From Gemmatimonadaceae bacterium (GTDB taxonomy: Bacteria; Gemmatimonadota; Gemmatimonadetes; Gemmatimonadales; Gemmatimonadaceae): 64,000 nt of DNA. Below the pieces are notes generated by a model. The model saw only the letters and a program-made list of their open reading frames with translations, ran no database searches and was not told the DNA's origin. The position numbers and the translations under genes were made by a program. Shown here piece after piece: positions 19,410 through 29,149 of this stretch. The stretch spans positions 19,975 through 83,974 of the forward strand of contig JBGAJQ010000016.1 in assembly GCA_044224875.1 (NCBI GenBank), given 5' to 3'. Numbering within the stretch: position 1 is the stretch's first letter; every line of letters starts with the position of its first letter.

Positions 19410-20490
19410 CGCGTTCCTGCGACGCCAGGCCGCGCTTCGTGAGTGCCTGCGCACCAGCCATCTGGATGCCCTTCTCGTCTCCAGCCTGCCCAATATCAGA
19501 TACCTGACCGGGTTTTCCGGGTCCAATGCGCTGCTCCTGGTAGGGCCACGCGATTCGTTGCTCCTCACGGACTTTCGATACAAGACGCAGGCGGCCGCGG
19601 AATCGGCAGATGCGTCACGCGTCCAGATCGAGCCGACTTCGTTGTGGACTGGCCTCTGGAGTGAACTGGCTCAAGCCGCTGCGATCAACGCGATCGGCTT
19701 CGAGTCGGCGCACATGCTCCATAGGGACTTCGAACGGCTGCTTGACAAGGGACGCCGCTGGCAATGGCGCCCAGTGGTTGATCAGGTCGAGCAACTCCGA
19801 GAACGGAAAGACGCGGACGAAATTGCAGCGATACGCAAGGCGGCCGAGATCGGACGGACCGCGTTGGATCGCACGCTAGCGCAGGTGCGAGTTGGCGCGA
19901 CGGAGCTTGACGTGTGCGGTGTTCTGGAGCATTCCCTACGTGTTGCCGGGAGCGAAAGTCATCCCTTTCCTCCGATTGTTGCGTCTGGACCAAGGAGCGC
20001 ACTACCGCACGCACGTCCTTCGAGCCGTCCTATTGCGCTCGGCGACTTCCTGCTGTTGGATTTTGGAGCGACGTTTGGCGGGTACTGCAGCGACATCACT
20101 CGGACCGTGGTTGTCGGCAAGGCGTCCGATCGCCAGCGCGAAGTTTATGCGCTGGTGTTACACGCCAACGAGACGGCGCGCGCCCGTGTGCGCGCCGGCA
20201 TGAAAGGCAAGGACGCTGATGCACTGGCGCGCAGTGTGATGGAGCAGGCGGGGATGGGCGAGGCATTCGGTCATTCGCTGGGACATGGTATTGGGTTGGA
20301 GGTGCACGAGTCGCCGAGGCTGTCGCGGACGGCCGATGCCACATTGCCAGTCGGAGCGGTAGTCACCATTGAACCTGGGGCGTACGAACCGGACTGGGGC
20401 GGCGTGAGAATCGAAGATGATGTGGTCCTGCAGTTGAACGGTGCTGACCTGCTGACGGACATTCCTCGTGACCTCGTTGAACTCTCGTAA
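19402..20490 (+). CDS. Xaa-Pro aminopeptidase (M24B family)
   Basis: 'NIRYLTGFSGS', 'DFGA..GY.SDITRT', 'HSLGHGIGLEVHE', 'TIEPG.Y', 'GVRIEDD'. Confidence 0.92.
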   Translation: MADAFLRRQAALRECLRTSHLDALLVSSLPNIRYLTGFSGSNALLLVGPRDSLLLTDFRYKTQAAAESADASRVQIEPTSLWTGLWSELAQAAAINAIGFESAHMLHRDFERLLDKGRRWQWRPVVDQVEQLRERKDADEIAAIRKAAEIGRTALDRTLAQVRVGATELDVCGVLEHSLRVAGSESHPFPPIVASGPRSALPHARPSSRPIALGDFLLLDFGATFGGYCSDITRTVVVGKASDRQREVYALVLHANETARARVRAGMKGKDADALARSVMEQAGMGEAFGHSLGHGIGLEVHESPRLSRTADATLPVGAVVTIEPGAYEPDWGGVRIEDDVVLQLNGADLLTDIPRDLVELS

Positions 20491-20505
20491 GGCGATTCCG
20501 GACGT

Positions 20506-20511
20506 TACCAT
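20506..20511 (+). promoter_or_regulatory. Putative -10 box (TACCAT) of a leaderless accB transcript
   Basis: TANNNT 6 nt before ATG 20518; no SD. Confidence 0.45.
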
Positions 20512-20517
20512 TCGCGT

Positions 20518-21018
20518 ATGATCGATCTCCGATACGTCAAAAAGCTGATCGAAATGCTCGACGGCTCCAGCGTCGACTCGCTCGAGATCCTGACGGACAA
20601 GGGTCAACGAATCCGCATCTCCAAGTCGCCGCAGCGAGGAGCGGTTCCAATCGCAACACAGGTCCCGATTCCGGCGATCCTCAGCCCGCAGCCTGCGGTC
20701 CGGATGACGCCCGTGGAGGGGATGCAGGTGATTGCGGAGCCAGAGATTCGCGCAGAGCCGCCGAAGGCGTCGACGTGGCTCGAGGTGAAGTCACCGATGG
20801 TGGGGACGTACTACGCTCAGCCGGAGCCGGGCGCCAAGCCGTATGCGCCTGTCGGCTCGCGTATCGAGAAGGGCCAGGTTTTGTGCATCATCGAAGCCAT
20901 GAAGATCATGAATGAGATCGAGTCCGAGTTCTCAGGCGTCGTGCGCGAGGTTTGCGTCGCGGACTCGCACCCGGTGGAATACGGCCAGGTCCTATTCCGG
21001 ATCGATCCGAATGGCTAA
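20518..21018 (+). CDS. accB: Acetyl-CoA carboxylase biotin carboxyl carrier protein
   Basis: 'SPMVGTYY', biotinylation motif 'IIEAMKIMNEI', 'PVEYGQ.LF'. Confidence 0.96.
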   Translation: MIDLRYVKKLIEMLDGSSVDSLEILTDKGQRIRISKSPQRGAVPIATQVPIPAILSPQPAVRMTPVEGMQVIAEPEIRAEPPKASTWLEVKSPMVGTYYAQPEPGAKPYAPVGSRIEKGQVLCIIEAMKIMNEIESEFSGVVREVCVADSHPVEYGQVLFRIDPNG

Positions 21019-22186
21019 CCCGTCCATCGCGCCCGATGGCGGCGCAGCGCCGGGTTCCGCGCGACAGCCGTTCAACTTCAAGGCAATCCTGCAGCAGATG
21101 GTGCAGGTGAATGCGTCGGACCTTCACCTGAAGGTTGGGCGTCCTCCCACGCTGCGGATCAACGGCGACCTCTCTCCGATGCCGCTGCCGGCGCTGCGCC
21201 CCGAAGACCTGAGCACGCTGGCCAAGGAGATCATGGCGCCCAAGCAGGTGAAGGAGTTCGCCGAGTACCGTGAGGCGGACTTCGCGACGGGCGTGCCAGG
21301 CATCGGGCGATTTCGCGTGAACGCGTACCAACAGCGCGGCACGATCGCGTTCGCGATTCGAACCATCCCACATCAAGCACGTTCCATCGGCGAGTTGAAC
21401 TTGCCGCCGATCGTCGAAGAGGTTTCACTGCTGCCGCGCGGCCTCGTGCTCGTCACGGGAATCACGGGCTCTGGGAAGTCCACAACGCTCGCGTCGATGA
21501 TCCAGCTGATCAATGAGCGGCGGTACGCGAACATCATCACCATCGAAGATCCCATCGAATTCCTGCACCGCGACCTCAAGTGCCACATCAACCAGCGTGA
21601 GGTCGGAACGGACACCGGGAGCTTTGCCCAGGCGCTGCGACGCGTGCTCCGCCAGGACCCCGATGTCGTGCTCATCGGCGAAATTCGAGACCTCGACACG
21701 CTCGACACCGCCCTCAAGGCCGCTGACACGGGGCACTTGGTCTTCTCCACGTTGCACACGACAGATGCAACGCAGACGATCAACCGAATCCTGTCGTTCT
21801 ATCCACCGCACCAGCAGAATGAGGTGCGGTATGCGCTGTCCAGTGCGCTGGCGGCGGTCATTAGCCAGCGGCTGGTGCCGCGTGCCGACCGACCGGGGCG
21901 TGTGCCGGCCTGCGAAGTGTTGATCAACACAGCGGCGGTGCGTGAACAGATTCGAGACATGGCGAAGTCGCTGAACATTCCGGAACTCATCAAGGAGGGC
22001 ACGGTGCAGTACGGAATGCAGAGCTTCGATCAATCGCTGATGCAGTGGTATTCGCGGGGCGCGATCTCGTACGAAAATGCCGTCTTCTCGGCGACGAACC
22101 CCAGCGAATTCGCGTTGCGAGTGCAGGGAGTGGCCGCATCCAGCGACACCTCCTGGGACGATTTTCAGAAGGACCAGACCGCGTAG
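21011..22186 (+). CDS. pilT: PilT/PilU-family type IV pilus retraction ATPase
   Basis: 'ASDLHL', 'GRFRVNAY.QRG', Walker A 'GITGSGKST', 'TIEDPIEF', 'LRQDPDVVLIGEIRD', His box 'GHLVFSTLHT', 'GMQSFDQSL'. Confidence 0.9.
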   Translation: MANPSIAPDGGAAPGSARQPFNFKAILQQMVQVNASDLHLKVGRPPTLRINGDLSPMPLPALRPEDLSTLAKEIMAPKQVKEFAEYREADFATGVPGIGRFRVNAYQQRGTIAFAIRTIPHQARSIGELNLPPIVEEVSLLPRGLVLVTGITGSGKSTTLASMIQLINERRYANIITIEDPIEFLHRDLKCHINQREVGTDTGSFAQALRRVLRQDPDVVLIGEIRDLDTLDTALKAADTGHLVFSTLHTTDATQTINRILSFYPPHQQNEVRYALSSALAAVISQRLVPRADRPGRVPACEVLINTAAVREQIRDMAKSLNIPELIKEGTVQYGMQSFDQSLMQWYSRGAISYENAVFSATNPSEFALRVQGVAASSDTSWDDFQKDQTA

Positions 22187-22213
22187 CAAACGCGCGGCCC
22201 ACTCGCCTCGACC

Positions 22214-23569
22214 ATGTTTAAGAAAGTTCTCGTCGCGAATCGCGGAGAAATCGCACTGCGCGTCATTCGCGCCTGTCGCGAGCTTGGTGTGGAGACGGTC
22301 GCCGTGTACTCCGAGGCCGACCGCGAATCGCTGCACGTGCGTTTTGCCGATGACGACGTATGCATTGGCCCGGCCCCCGCACGTGATTCGTACCTGAAGA
22401 TCCCACGATTGATTGCCGCCGCCGAGATCACCGGCGCCGACGCCATTCACCCAGGCTATGGGTTTCTCGCGGAAAACGCGGAGTTCGCCGAGACCTGTGC
22501 GGCGTCCAACATCACGTTCATCGGCCCCACCGCCGATCAGATTCGGGTGATGGGTGACAAGGCCGCTGCGCGCAAGGCGATGATGGACGTTGGCGTGCCG
22601 ATCGTCCCAGGCACGCCGGGGCCCGTCGAAGATCCCGACGAGGCCATGAATTTCGCGAGGGAAATCGGATTCCCCGTCATCATCAAGGCCGCAGCCGGCG
22701 GCGGCGGGAAGGGGATGCGCGTCGCGAAGGACGTCGACGAGTTCATCCGGTCATTCTCGCTGGCCCGATCCGAGGCGTTGTCGGCGTTTGGCAACGGTGA
22801 CGTCTACGTGGAGAAGTACCTCACGCGGCCGCGTCATATCGAGTTCCAGATCCTCGGGGACACGCACGGCAACGTGATCCACCTTGGTGAGCGCGACTGC
22901 TCCGTGCAGCGCCGACACCAGAAGTTGATCGAGGAGGCCCCCAGTCCGGCGATGACTCCCGAGTTGCGCGCGGTGATGGGCGAGGCCGCGGTGCGGGGCG
23001 CCAAGGCCATCGACTACGTCGGTGCCGGCACCATCGAGATGCTGTTGGATGAGGATCGCAGCTTCTTCTTCATGGAGATGAACACCCGGATCCAGGTCGA
23101 ACACCCGGTCACGGAGCAGCTGACGGGGATTGACCTGGTGAAGGAGCAGATTCGGGTGGCCGCGGGTGAGCGGCTGAGCGTGTTGGAGCTACCGACGCTG
23201 CGTGGGCACGTGATCGAGTGCCGAATCAACGCGGAGGATCCTTCCAGGGGATTTCAGCCCTCGCCCGGACGCATCGATGTGTTCCACCCACCGGGAGGTC
23301 CTGGTGTCCGACTCGACACGCACGTGTATGCGGGCTATACCGTGCCGCCCTACTATGATTCGCTATTGGCCAAGTTGATCGTGCAGGGGCGCGATCGCGA
23401 AGAGGCGATTCGTCGCATGCACATGGCATTGGAGAGTTTTATCATCGAGGGAGTTACCACGACTGCCCCATTCCTCGCGCGCGTCATGATGCACGAGAAG
23501 TTCAGGGCGGGTGATGTGGATACGAAGTTTCTGGAGCGCGAGTCGAGCCTGTTCAAGGAGCCGGTGTAG
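22214..23569 (+). CDS. accC: Acetyl-CoA carboxylase biotin carboxylase
   Basis: 'ANRGEIA', '[10 protein letters not shown]', 'GGGGKGM', '[12 protein letters not shown]', '[10 protein letters not shown]', 'YYDSLLAKL'. Confidence 0.97.
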   Translation: MFKKVLVANRGEIALRVIRACRELGVETVAVYSEADRESLHVRFADDDVCIGPAPARDSYLKIPRLIAAAEITGADAIHPGYGFLAENAEFAETCAASNITFIGPTADQIRVMGDKAAARKAMMDVGVPIVPGTPGPVEDPDEAMNFAREIGFPVIIKAAAGGGGKGMRVAKDVDEFIRSFSLARSEALSAFGNGDVYVEKYLTRPRHIEFQILGDTHGNVIHLGERDCSVQRRHQKLIEEAPSPAMTPELRAVMGEAAVRGAKAIDYVGAGTIEMLLDEDRSFFFMEMNTRIQVEHPVTEQLTGIDLVKEQIRVAAGERLSVLELPTLRGHVIECRINAEDPSRGFQPSPGRIDVFHPPGGPGVRLDTHVYAGYTVPPYYDSLLAKLIVQGRDREEAIRRMHMALESFIIEGVTTTAPFLARVMMHEKFRAGDVDTKFLERESSLFKEPV

Positions 23570-23570
23570 G

Positions 23571-24317
23571 GTGAAGGTTGATGTGGTGTTTGGCGCCGGT
23601 GCCATTGCACCGGCCGATGCACACGGTCGCATTGTGGTGGTGATCGACGTTCTCCGTGCTTCCACCTCGATCGCGGTGGCGTTGCACAACGGGGCGCGCA
23701 CGGTGGTGCCGTTCGAGAGCGCCGACGAAGCAGTGGCCCGCGCCAAGTCCTTCGATCGCAGCGACTACGTGTTGGCTGGCGAGCGGCGCATGCAACCCAT
23801 ACCCGGGTTCGATCTCGGCAATTCGCCCAGCAGCTTCTCCGCGTCGGCCGTGGAGGGCCGGACTGTGCTTATGACGACCTCGAATGGCACGGCGGCTCTC
23901 GTTGCCACTCAGGGCGCCCATGAGGCGTTTGTCGGCGGATTCGTGAACCTCTCGGCGGTGCTGGAGGTGTTGCGAGCGCCGGAGCGGAAGGAGGCGCAGG
24001 TGACGCTCGTGTGCGCGGGTAACGACCGCCGATTCTCGCTGGAGGACGCGGTGTGTGCCGGGCGGTTTGTTCGTGACTTGGCGGCGAGCGACCGGTCGTT
24101 GGAGCTGACTGACGCTTCGCGCGCCGTGCGCGTGCTGGACAAGCGCTATGGCGACAACATGGCGCGCTTGTTCAAGGATGCCGATCACGCGCGTGCCTTG
24201 GTCAGCGCGGGCTACGCGGATGACCTCGCGGTCTGTGGGGCGACCGACACGTATCCGGTTGTCCCTGTGTATGCCGACCGATTGATTACACGCATGGGAC
24301 ACGAGCGAGAGAAATAG
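23571..24317 (+). CDS. comB: 2-phosphosulfolactate phosphatase family protein
   Basis: 'VVIDVLRASTS', 'LAGER', 'FDLGNSP', 'TTSNGT', 'SLEDAVCAG'. Confidence 0.88.
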   Translation: MKVDVVFGAGAIAPADAHGRIVVVIDVLRASTSIAVALHNGARTVVPFESADEAVARAKSFDRSDYVLAGERRMQPIPGFDLGNSPSSFSASAVEGRTVLMTTSNGTAALVATQGAHEAFVGGFVNLSAVLEVLRAPERKEAQVTLVCAGNDRRFSLEDAVCAGRFVRDLAASDRSLELTDASRAVRVLDKRYGDNMARLFKDADHARALVSAGYADDLAVCGATDTYPVVPVYADRLITRMGHEREK

Positions 24318-24320
24318 GGC

Positions 24321-26585
24321 GTGGGCGATTCGCTGCGACGCGAATTGACGGGGATCGCCCTGCTGCTGGCAGCCGTCTTCGTGGGAGGCGCGTTGCTCCT
24401 GCAGCCGCTGCCCGTTGGTCAGTCATGCCTGCACGTCGGTGGCTTCTTTGGGCCGGTCGGTGCCTGCCTGAAGCAGGGGCTGCTGGCGTCCATCGGCGCG
24501 ATCGGCGCTGCGTTGATCCCGTTGGCAGGCGCGATACACGCGCTTCGCCTGTTTGGACGCCTGCAGTCGTCGACGGATCGGTCGTGGCTCGTGTTCCTCT
24601 TCGGTGCGGCGATCCTCGTTCCCGTGGTGGCCGGGCTTGCCACCGGGGCCCCGCCTGACGCGACCTTCGTGGCAGGCGTTTGGGGCAACTTCGTCGCGTT
24701 TTACCTGACGAAGGCATTGGGTGGGGTAGGGGCGTGGATCTTCGTGTTCCTCGCCGGATCCGCCCTGATGGCGATCACCCTCCGATGGAACCCCGTTCGC
24801 ATGCTGGTGGGACCGGGTGGCGCGCTTTCGCGTGCGAACGATGGCGGGCCGACGTTGGCCTCGCGCATGGAGCCGCCTCCCGAGGAAATGCCGGCGATCG
24901 CGCCTGGCTCGGGGCGGGACCCCATAGCCGCGCCGGCCGAAACTCCCGCACCCACACGCCGCCCCCGCAAGACGACGACCGCGCAGGTCGAGGAGCCCGC
25001 CACGCCACCGCAGGTGGAAATGCCGTTAGGCGATGTGCTCGCCGACGAGCTGCCATCGCCGGAATTGCTGACCGCCGTACCGACCTCGAACGTCGAGTTG
25101 GAGCAACGCGAACTCGACGCGATGGGGCAGAAGCTGATGGACGCACTACGCACGTTTCGCGTGGACGGCGAGTTGGTGGGGCGAACGACGGGACCCGTGG
25201 TGACGCAGTATGAGATTGAGCCCGCGCCCGGCGTGAAGGTGCGGCAGTTTGCGAACCTTGCCAACGATCTCGCCTTGGCCATGCGCGCTCCGAGCATTCG
25301 CGTCGTGGCCCCCATTCCAGGACGCGGGGCAGTGGGTGTGGAAGTCCCAAATCCCACGGCATCGATCGTCGGATTTCGCGACATGATCGAATCCCGGGAA
25401 TTTCAGGGAGCCCGCGCATCGCTCCCCATCGCCCTTGGAAGGGATCTCGAGGGTCGCGCCATCGTCGCCGACCTCGCGAAGATGCCGCACCTCCTGATCG
25501 CCGGAGCAACGGGATCCGGGAAATCCGTATGCGTCAACACGATTGTCACGAGCCTGATCTATCGGCACACCCCCAAGACGCTGCGATTCCTGATGGTGGA
25601 CCCGAAGATGGTTGAGCTGTCGGTCTACAACCATCTCCCGCACCTGAAATACCGAGTCATCACGGACAATCGCGACGCGGCGGATGTGCTCAAGTGGGCC
25701 GTCATCGAAATGCAGGAGCGGTACGAATTGCTGGCCGCGAACGGCGCGCGCAACGTGCAAGAGTTCAACAAGCGGGTGCAGGATGGCGCCGCGCTGCTGA
25801 CACCGAAGCGCCCCGACGTTTCCTTCGAGGACCGCACGTATCGCGCGGGGATCCTGCCGTACATCGTGGTGGTCATCGATGAGTTGGCGGACCTGATGAT
25901 GACCGTGGCCGGTGAGGTGGAGCGACCATTGGCCATGCTCGCGCAAAAGGCGCGGGCCATCGGGATCCACCTCATTCTCGCGACGCAGCGCCCCAGCGTG
26001 AACGTCATCACGGGCCTGATCAAGGCGAATTTTCCAAGCCGTATTGCGTTCCGGGTCGCCTCCCAGGTGGACAGCCGCACCATCATCGACGGAGTGGGTG
26101 CCGAAGCGTTGTTAGGCAACGGCGACATGTTGTTCATTCCGCCGGGAAAGTCGGAACCGCAGCGCTTGCAGGGCGCGTTCATTCCTGGCGACGACACCGA
26201 GCGCCTAACGAAGTGGTTCGAGGCGCGGACCTTCGCGCGTCGTGCGGCACTCGAGGCACGCGGCGCTGGCGCCCTTGAAGCCGAGGAGCCCGACATCCTG
26301 CAGGAAGTTCGGCTACGTGAAGCCGCCGCCATGGGGATGGACGAAGACGAAGAGGGAACCCCCGGCGAGCGCGACGACTTGTTCCGGCGGGCAGCCGAGA
26401 CGTGCATCCAGCACAAGCTCGGTTCGACGTCGCTGCTCCAGCGTAAGCTCGGGATCGGATACGGCCGCGCGGCACGGATCATTGACCAGCTCCATGAGGC
26501 CGGTGTGCTCGGCCCGCCGAACGGATCGAAGCCGCGCGAGATTCTCGTCGGGCTCGAGGACCTGGACCGCATCGACGCTTCGTAG
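24321..26585 (+). CDS. ftsK: DNA translocase FtsK/SpoIIIE
   Basis: N-terminal TM domain, 'MPHLLIAGATGSGKS', 'DPKMVEL', 'IDELADLM', 'LATQRPS', C-terminal gamma domain 'STSLLQRKL.IGY.RAAR'. Confidence 0.96.
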   Translation: MGDSLRRELTGIALLLAAVFVGGALLLQPLPVGQSCLHVGGFFGPVGACLKQGLLASIGAIGAALIPLAGAIHALRLFGRLQSSTDRSWLVFLFGAAILVPVVAGLATGAPPDATFVAGVWGNFVAFYLTKALGGVGAWIFVFLAGSALMAITLRWNPVRMLVGPGGALSRANDGGPTLASRMEPPPEEMPAIAPGSGRDPIAAPAETPAPTRRPRKTTTAQVEEPATPPQVEMPLGDVLADELPSPELLTAVPTSNVELEQRELDAMGQKLMDALRTFRVDGELVGRTTGPVVTQYEIEPAPGVKVRQFANLANDLALAMRAPSIRVVAPIPGRGAVGVEVPNPTASIVGFRDMIESREFQGARASLPIALGRDLEGRAIVADLAKMPHLLIAGATGSGKSVCVNTIVTSLIYRHTPKTLRFLMVDPKMVELSVYNHLPHLKYRVITDNRDAADVLKWAVIEMQERYELLAANGARNVQEFNKRVQDGAALLTPKRPDVSFEDRTYRAGILPYIVVVIDELADLMMTVAGEVERPLAMLAQKARAIGIHLILATQRPSVNVITGLIKANFPSRIAFRVASQVDSRTIIDGVGAEALLGNGDMLFIPPGKSEPQRLQGAFIPGDDTERLTKWFEARTFARRAALEARGAGALEAEEPDILQEVRLREAAAMGMDEDEEGTPGERDDLFRRAAETCIQHKLGSTSLLQRKLGIGYGRAARIIDQLHEAGVLGPPNGSKPREILVGLEDLDRIDAS

Positions 26586-26693
26586 CCGTCAGGGACAACC
26601 CTCGTCGTCGACCGATTGACGGCAGCGGCGAAATGATACGGATGGCGTGAAAACGGTGACGGTGCCGTGACCGGTCGCCCATAGCTTCGGCCC

Positions 26694-27068
26694 ATGTCGA
26701 ACGAGCGACAGGTCTTTGGGCTGGCGGGGGAACGGGTCGCGGAGCGGTGGCTCCGCCAACGGGGCTGGAAGGTGCTGCAGCGCCGTTTCCGTTCCGGTCA
26801 CCGGGACATCGACTTGATCGCTGAGCGAAATGGGCTGGTGGCGTTTGTGGAAGTGAAGGCGCGGAGTGGCGAGGGGTTCGGCGACCCGGTCGAGGCCGTT
26901 AACTGGCGAAAAAAGAACGAGTTAGTACGCTCCGCCTCCGTGTGGATCGACCGGAATGGCCGGCCCGGCGAGCAATACCGGTTCGATGTCATCGGGGTTC
27001 TGATCCAAGGCGAGCGGGTCCGTGTCCGCCACGTCGCCAATGCCTTCTCGATGGCAACTCGCGGTTGA
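26694..27068 (+). CDS. yraN: YraN (UPF0102) family putative nuclease
   Basis: 'GERVAERWL..G', 'DIDLIA', 'FVEVKAR', 'RFDVIGV'. Confidence 0.9.
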   Translation: MSNERQVFGLAGERVAERWLRQRGWKVLQRRFRSGHRDIDLIAERNGLVAFVEVKARSGEGFGDPVEAVNWRKKNELVRSASVWIDRNGRPGEQYRFDVIGVLIQGERVRVRHVANAFSMATRG

Positions 27069-27178
27069 AATCGTAGGGGACTTTCGTATTTTGTTCGGGG
27101 TATCGTCTCTTTCGGGCCACGTCGGTAGATTCCGGTCGGTGGCCAGAGCAGTTCAACACCAAACCCTCGGGTGAGTAC

Positions 27179-28210
<1,032 letters not shown>

Positions 28211-28225
<15 letters not shown>

Positions 28226-28353
28226 CAGCAGCAACACCACTCGGCCAAGCGATTTTGGGGCCGGAGGGTCGCTCTCTGAGTAAGATGGTGCCCGGTACAC
28301 CTCTTTTCTCAGAAAGCTTCACTCCGGCCTCTCGCTTTTCCTCCATCCGCCAC
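28211..28353 (+). other. Extended imperfect RNA hairpin in the recA-recX intergenic region
   Basis: Nested complementary segments 28211-18/28346-53, 28247-52/28332-37, 28257-66/28322-31, 28271-80/28308-17, 28282-90/28298-305. Confidence 0.7.
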
Positions 28354-28376
28354 CTCGATCGGGACACGGAGCCAAA

Positions 28377-29093
28377 GTGAGCGGTACCCTGCGCACCATC
28401 ACCGACATCCGAGAGAAATCGGCCGGCTCCGGCCTGTATCTCGTCCTTGTTGACGGCAGCCCGATGGGAGTGATATCAGCGGCCTCAATCGCGTCGCTGA
28501 GCCTGCGAATTGGAAGCACACTCGATGTGCGTGCTATGGACCGCCTCCAGGACGCGGTCGCCGAGCAGGGAGTCTTTGACAAGGCCGTCCAGTTGCTTAC
28601 CGTGCGTCGACGGGCGACGCAGGAGTTGCATCGACGTTTGATCAGGGCAGGAGCGGGCAAGGTGCATGTGGAGGCCGCCATTCGGCGACTCACGGCTCTC
28701 GGATACCTGAATGACTCCGCCTACGCCGACGCGATGGTGCGGACGAAGTTGATTGACGGAGGCGCCTCACGGCGACGCGTCCAGCAGGAGCTGTTCAAGA
28801 AGGGCGTGTCACGAGAGGTGGCCGATGCCGCACTGGCGCAGGTTGCCGATCAGTACCAGGCCAACGAGGCCGCATCGGCGCTCACGCTCGCGCGAAAGCG
28901 GCTCCGTTCTCTTCGGGCCCTCGATAGTGCCACACGCCGCCGCAGGCTTTACGGCTTTCTGGCGCGCCGCGGTTACGACCCGAGCGCCGTTGCGGCCGCG
29001 ATGAAGGCTCTCGGAGAGGAGCTGGCGAGCGACCAGATCGGATCCGACGACGAAGAGGCGCGTGAGGACCTGGAGGAGCAGGGCGACGAGTAG
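28377..29093 (+). CDS. recX: Regulatory protein RecX
   Basis: Downstream of recA; 'LL..RRR..QEL', 'GYLND..YA', 'QELFKKGV', 'RLYGFLARRGY'. Confidence 0.88.
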   Translation: MSGTLRTITDIREKSAGSGLYLVLVDGSPMGVISAASIASLSLRIGSTLDVRAMDRLQDAVAEQGVFDKAVQLLTVRRRATQELHRRLIRAGAGKVHVEAAIRRLTALGYLNDSAYADAMVRTKLIDGGASRRRVQQELFKKGVSREVADAALAQVADQYQANEAASALTLARKRLRSLRALDSATRRRRLYGFLARRGYDPSAVAAAMKALGEELASDQIGSDDEEAREDLEEQGDE

Positions 29094-29149
29094 CGGTAGT
29101 GCCGCGCGAGGTCTCGTGATAATTGAGAGTCCCCTATATTCATGGGACC

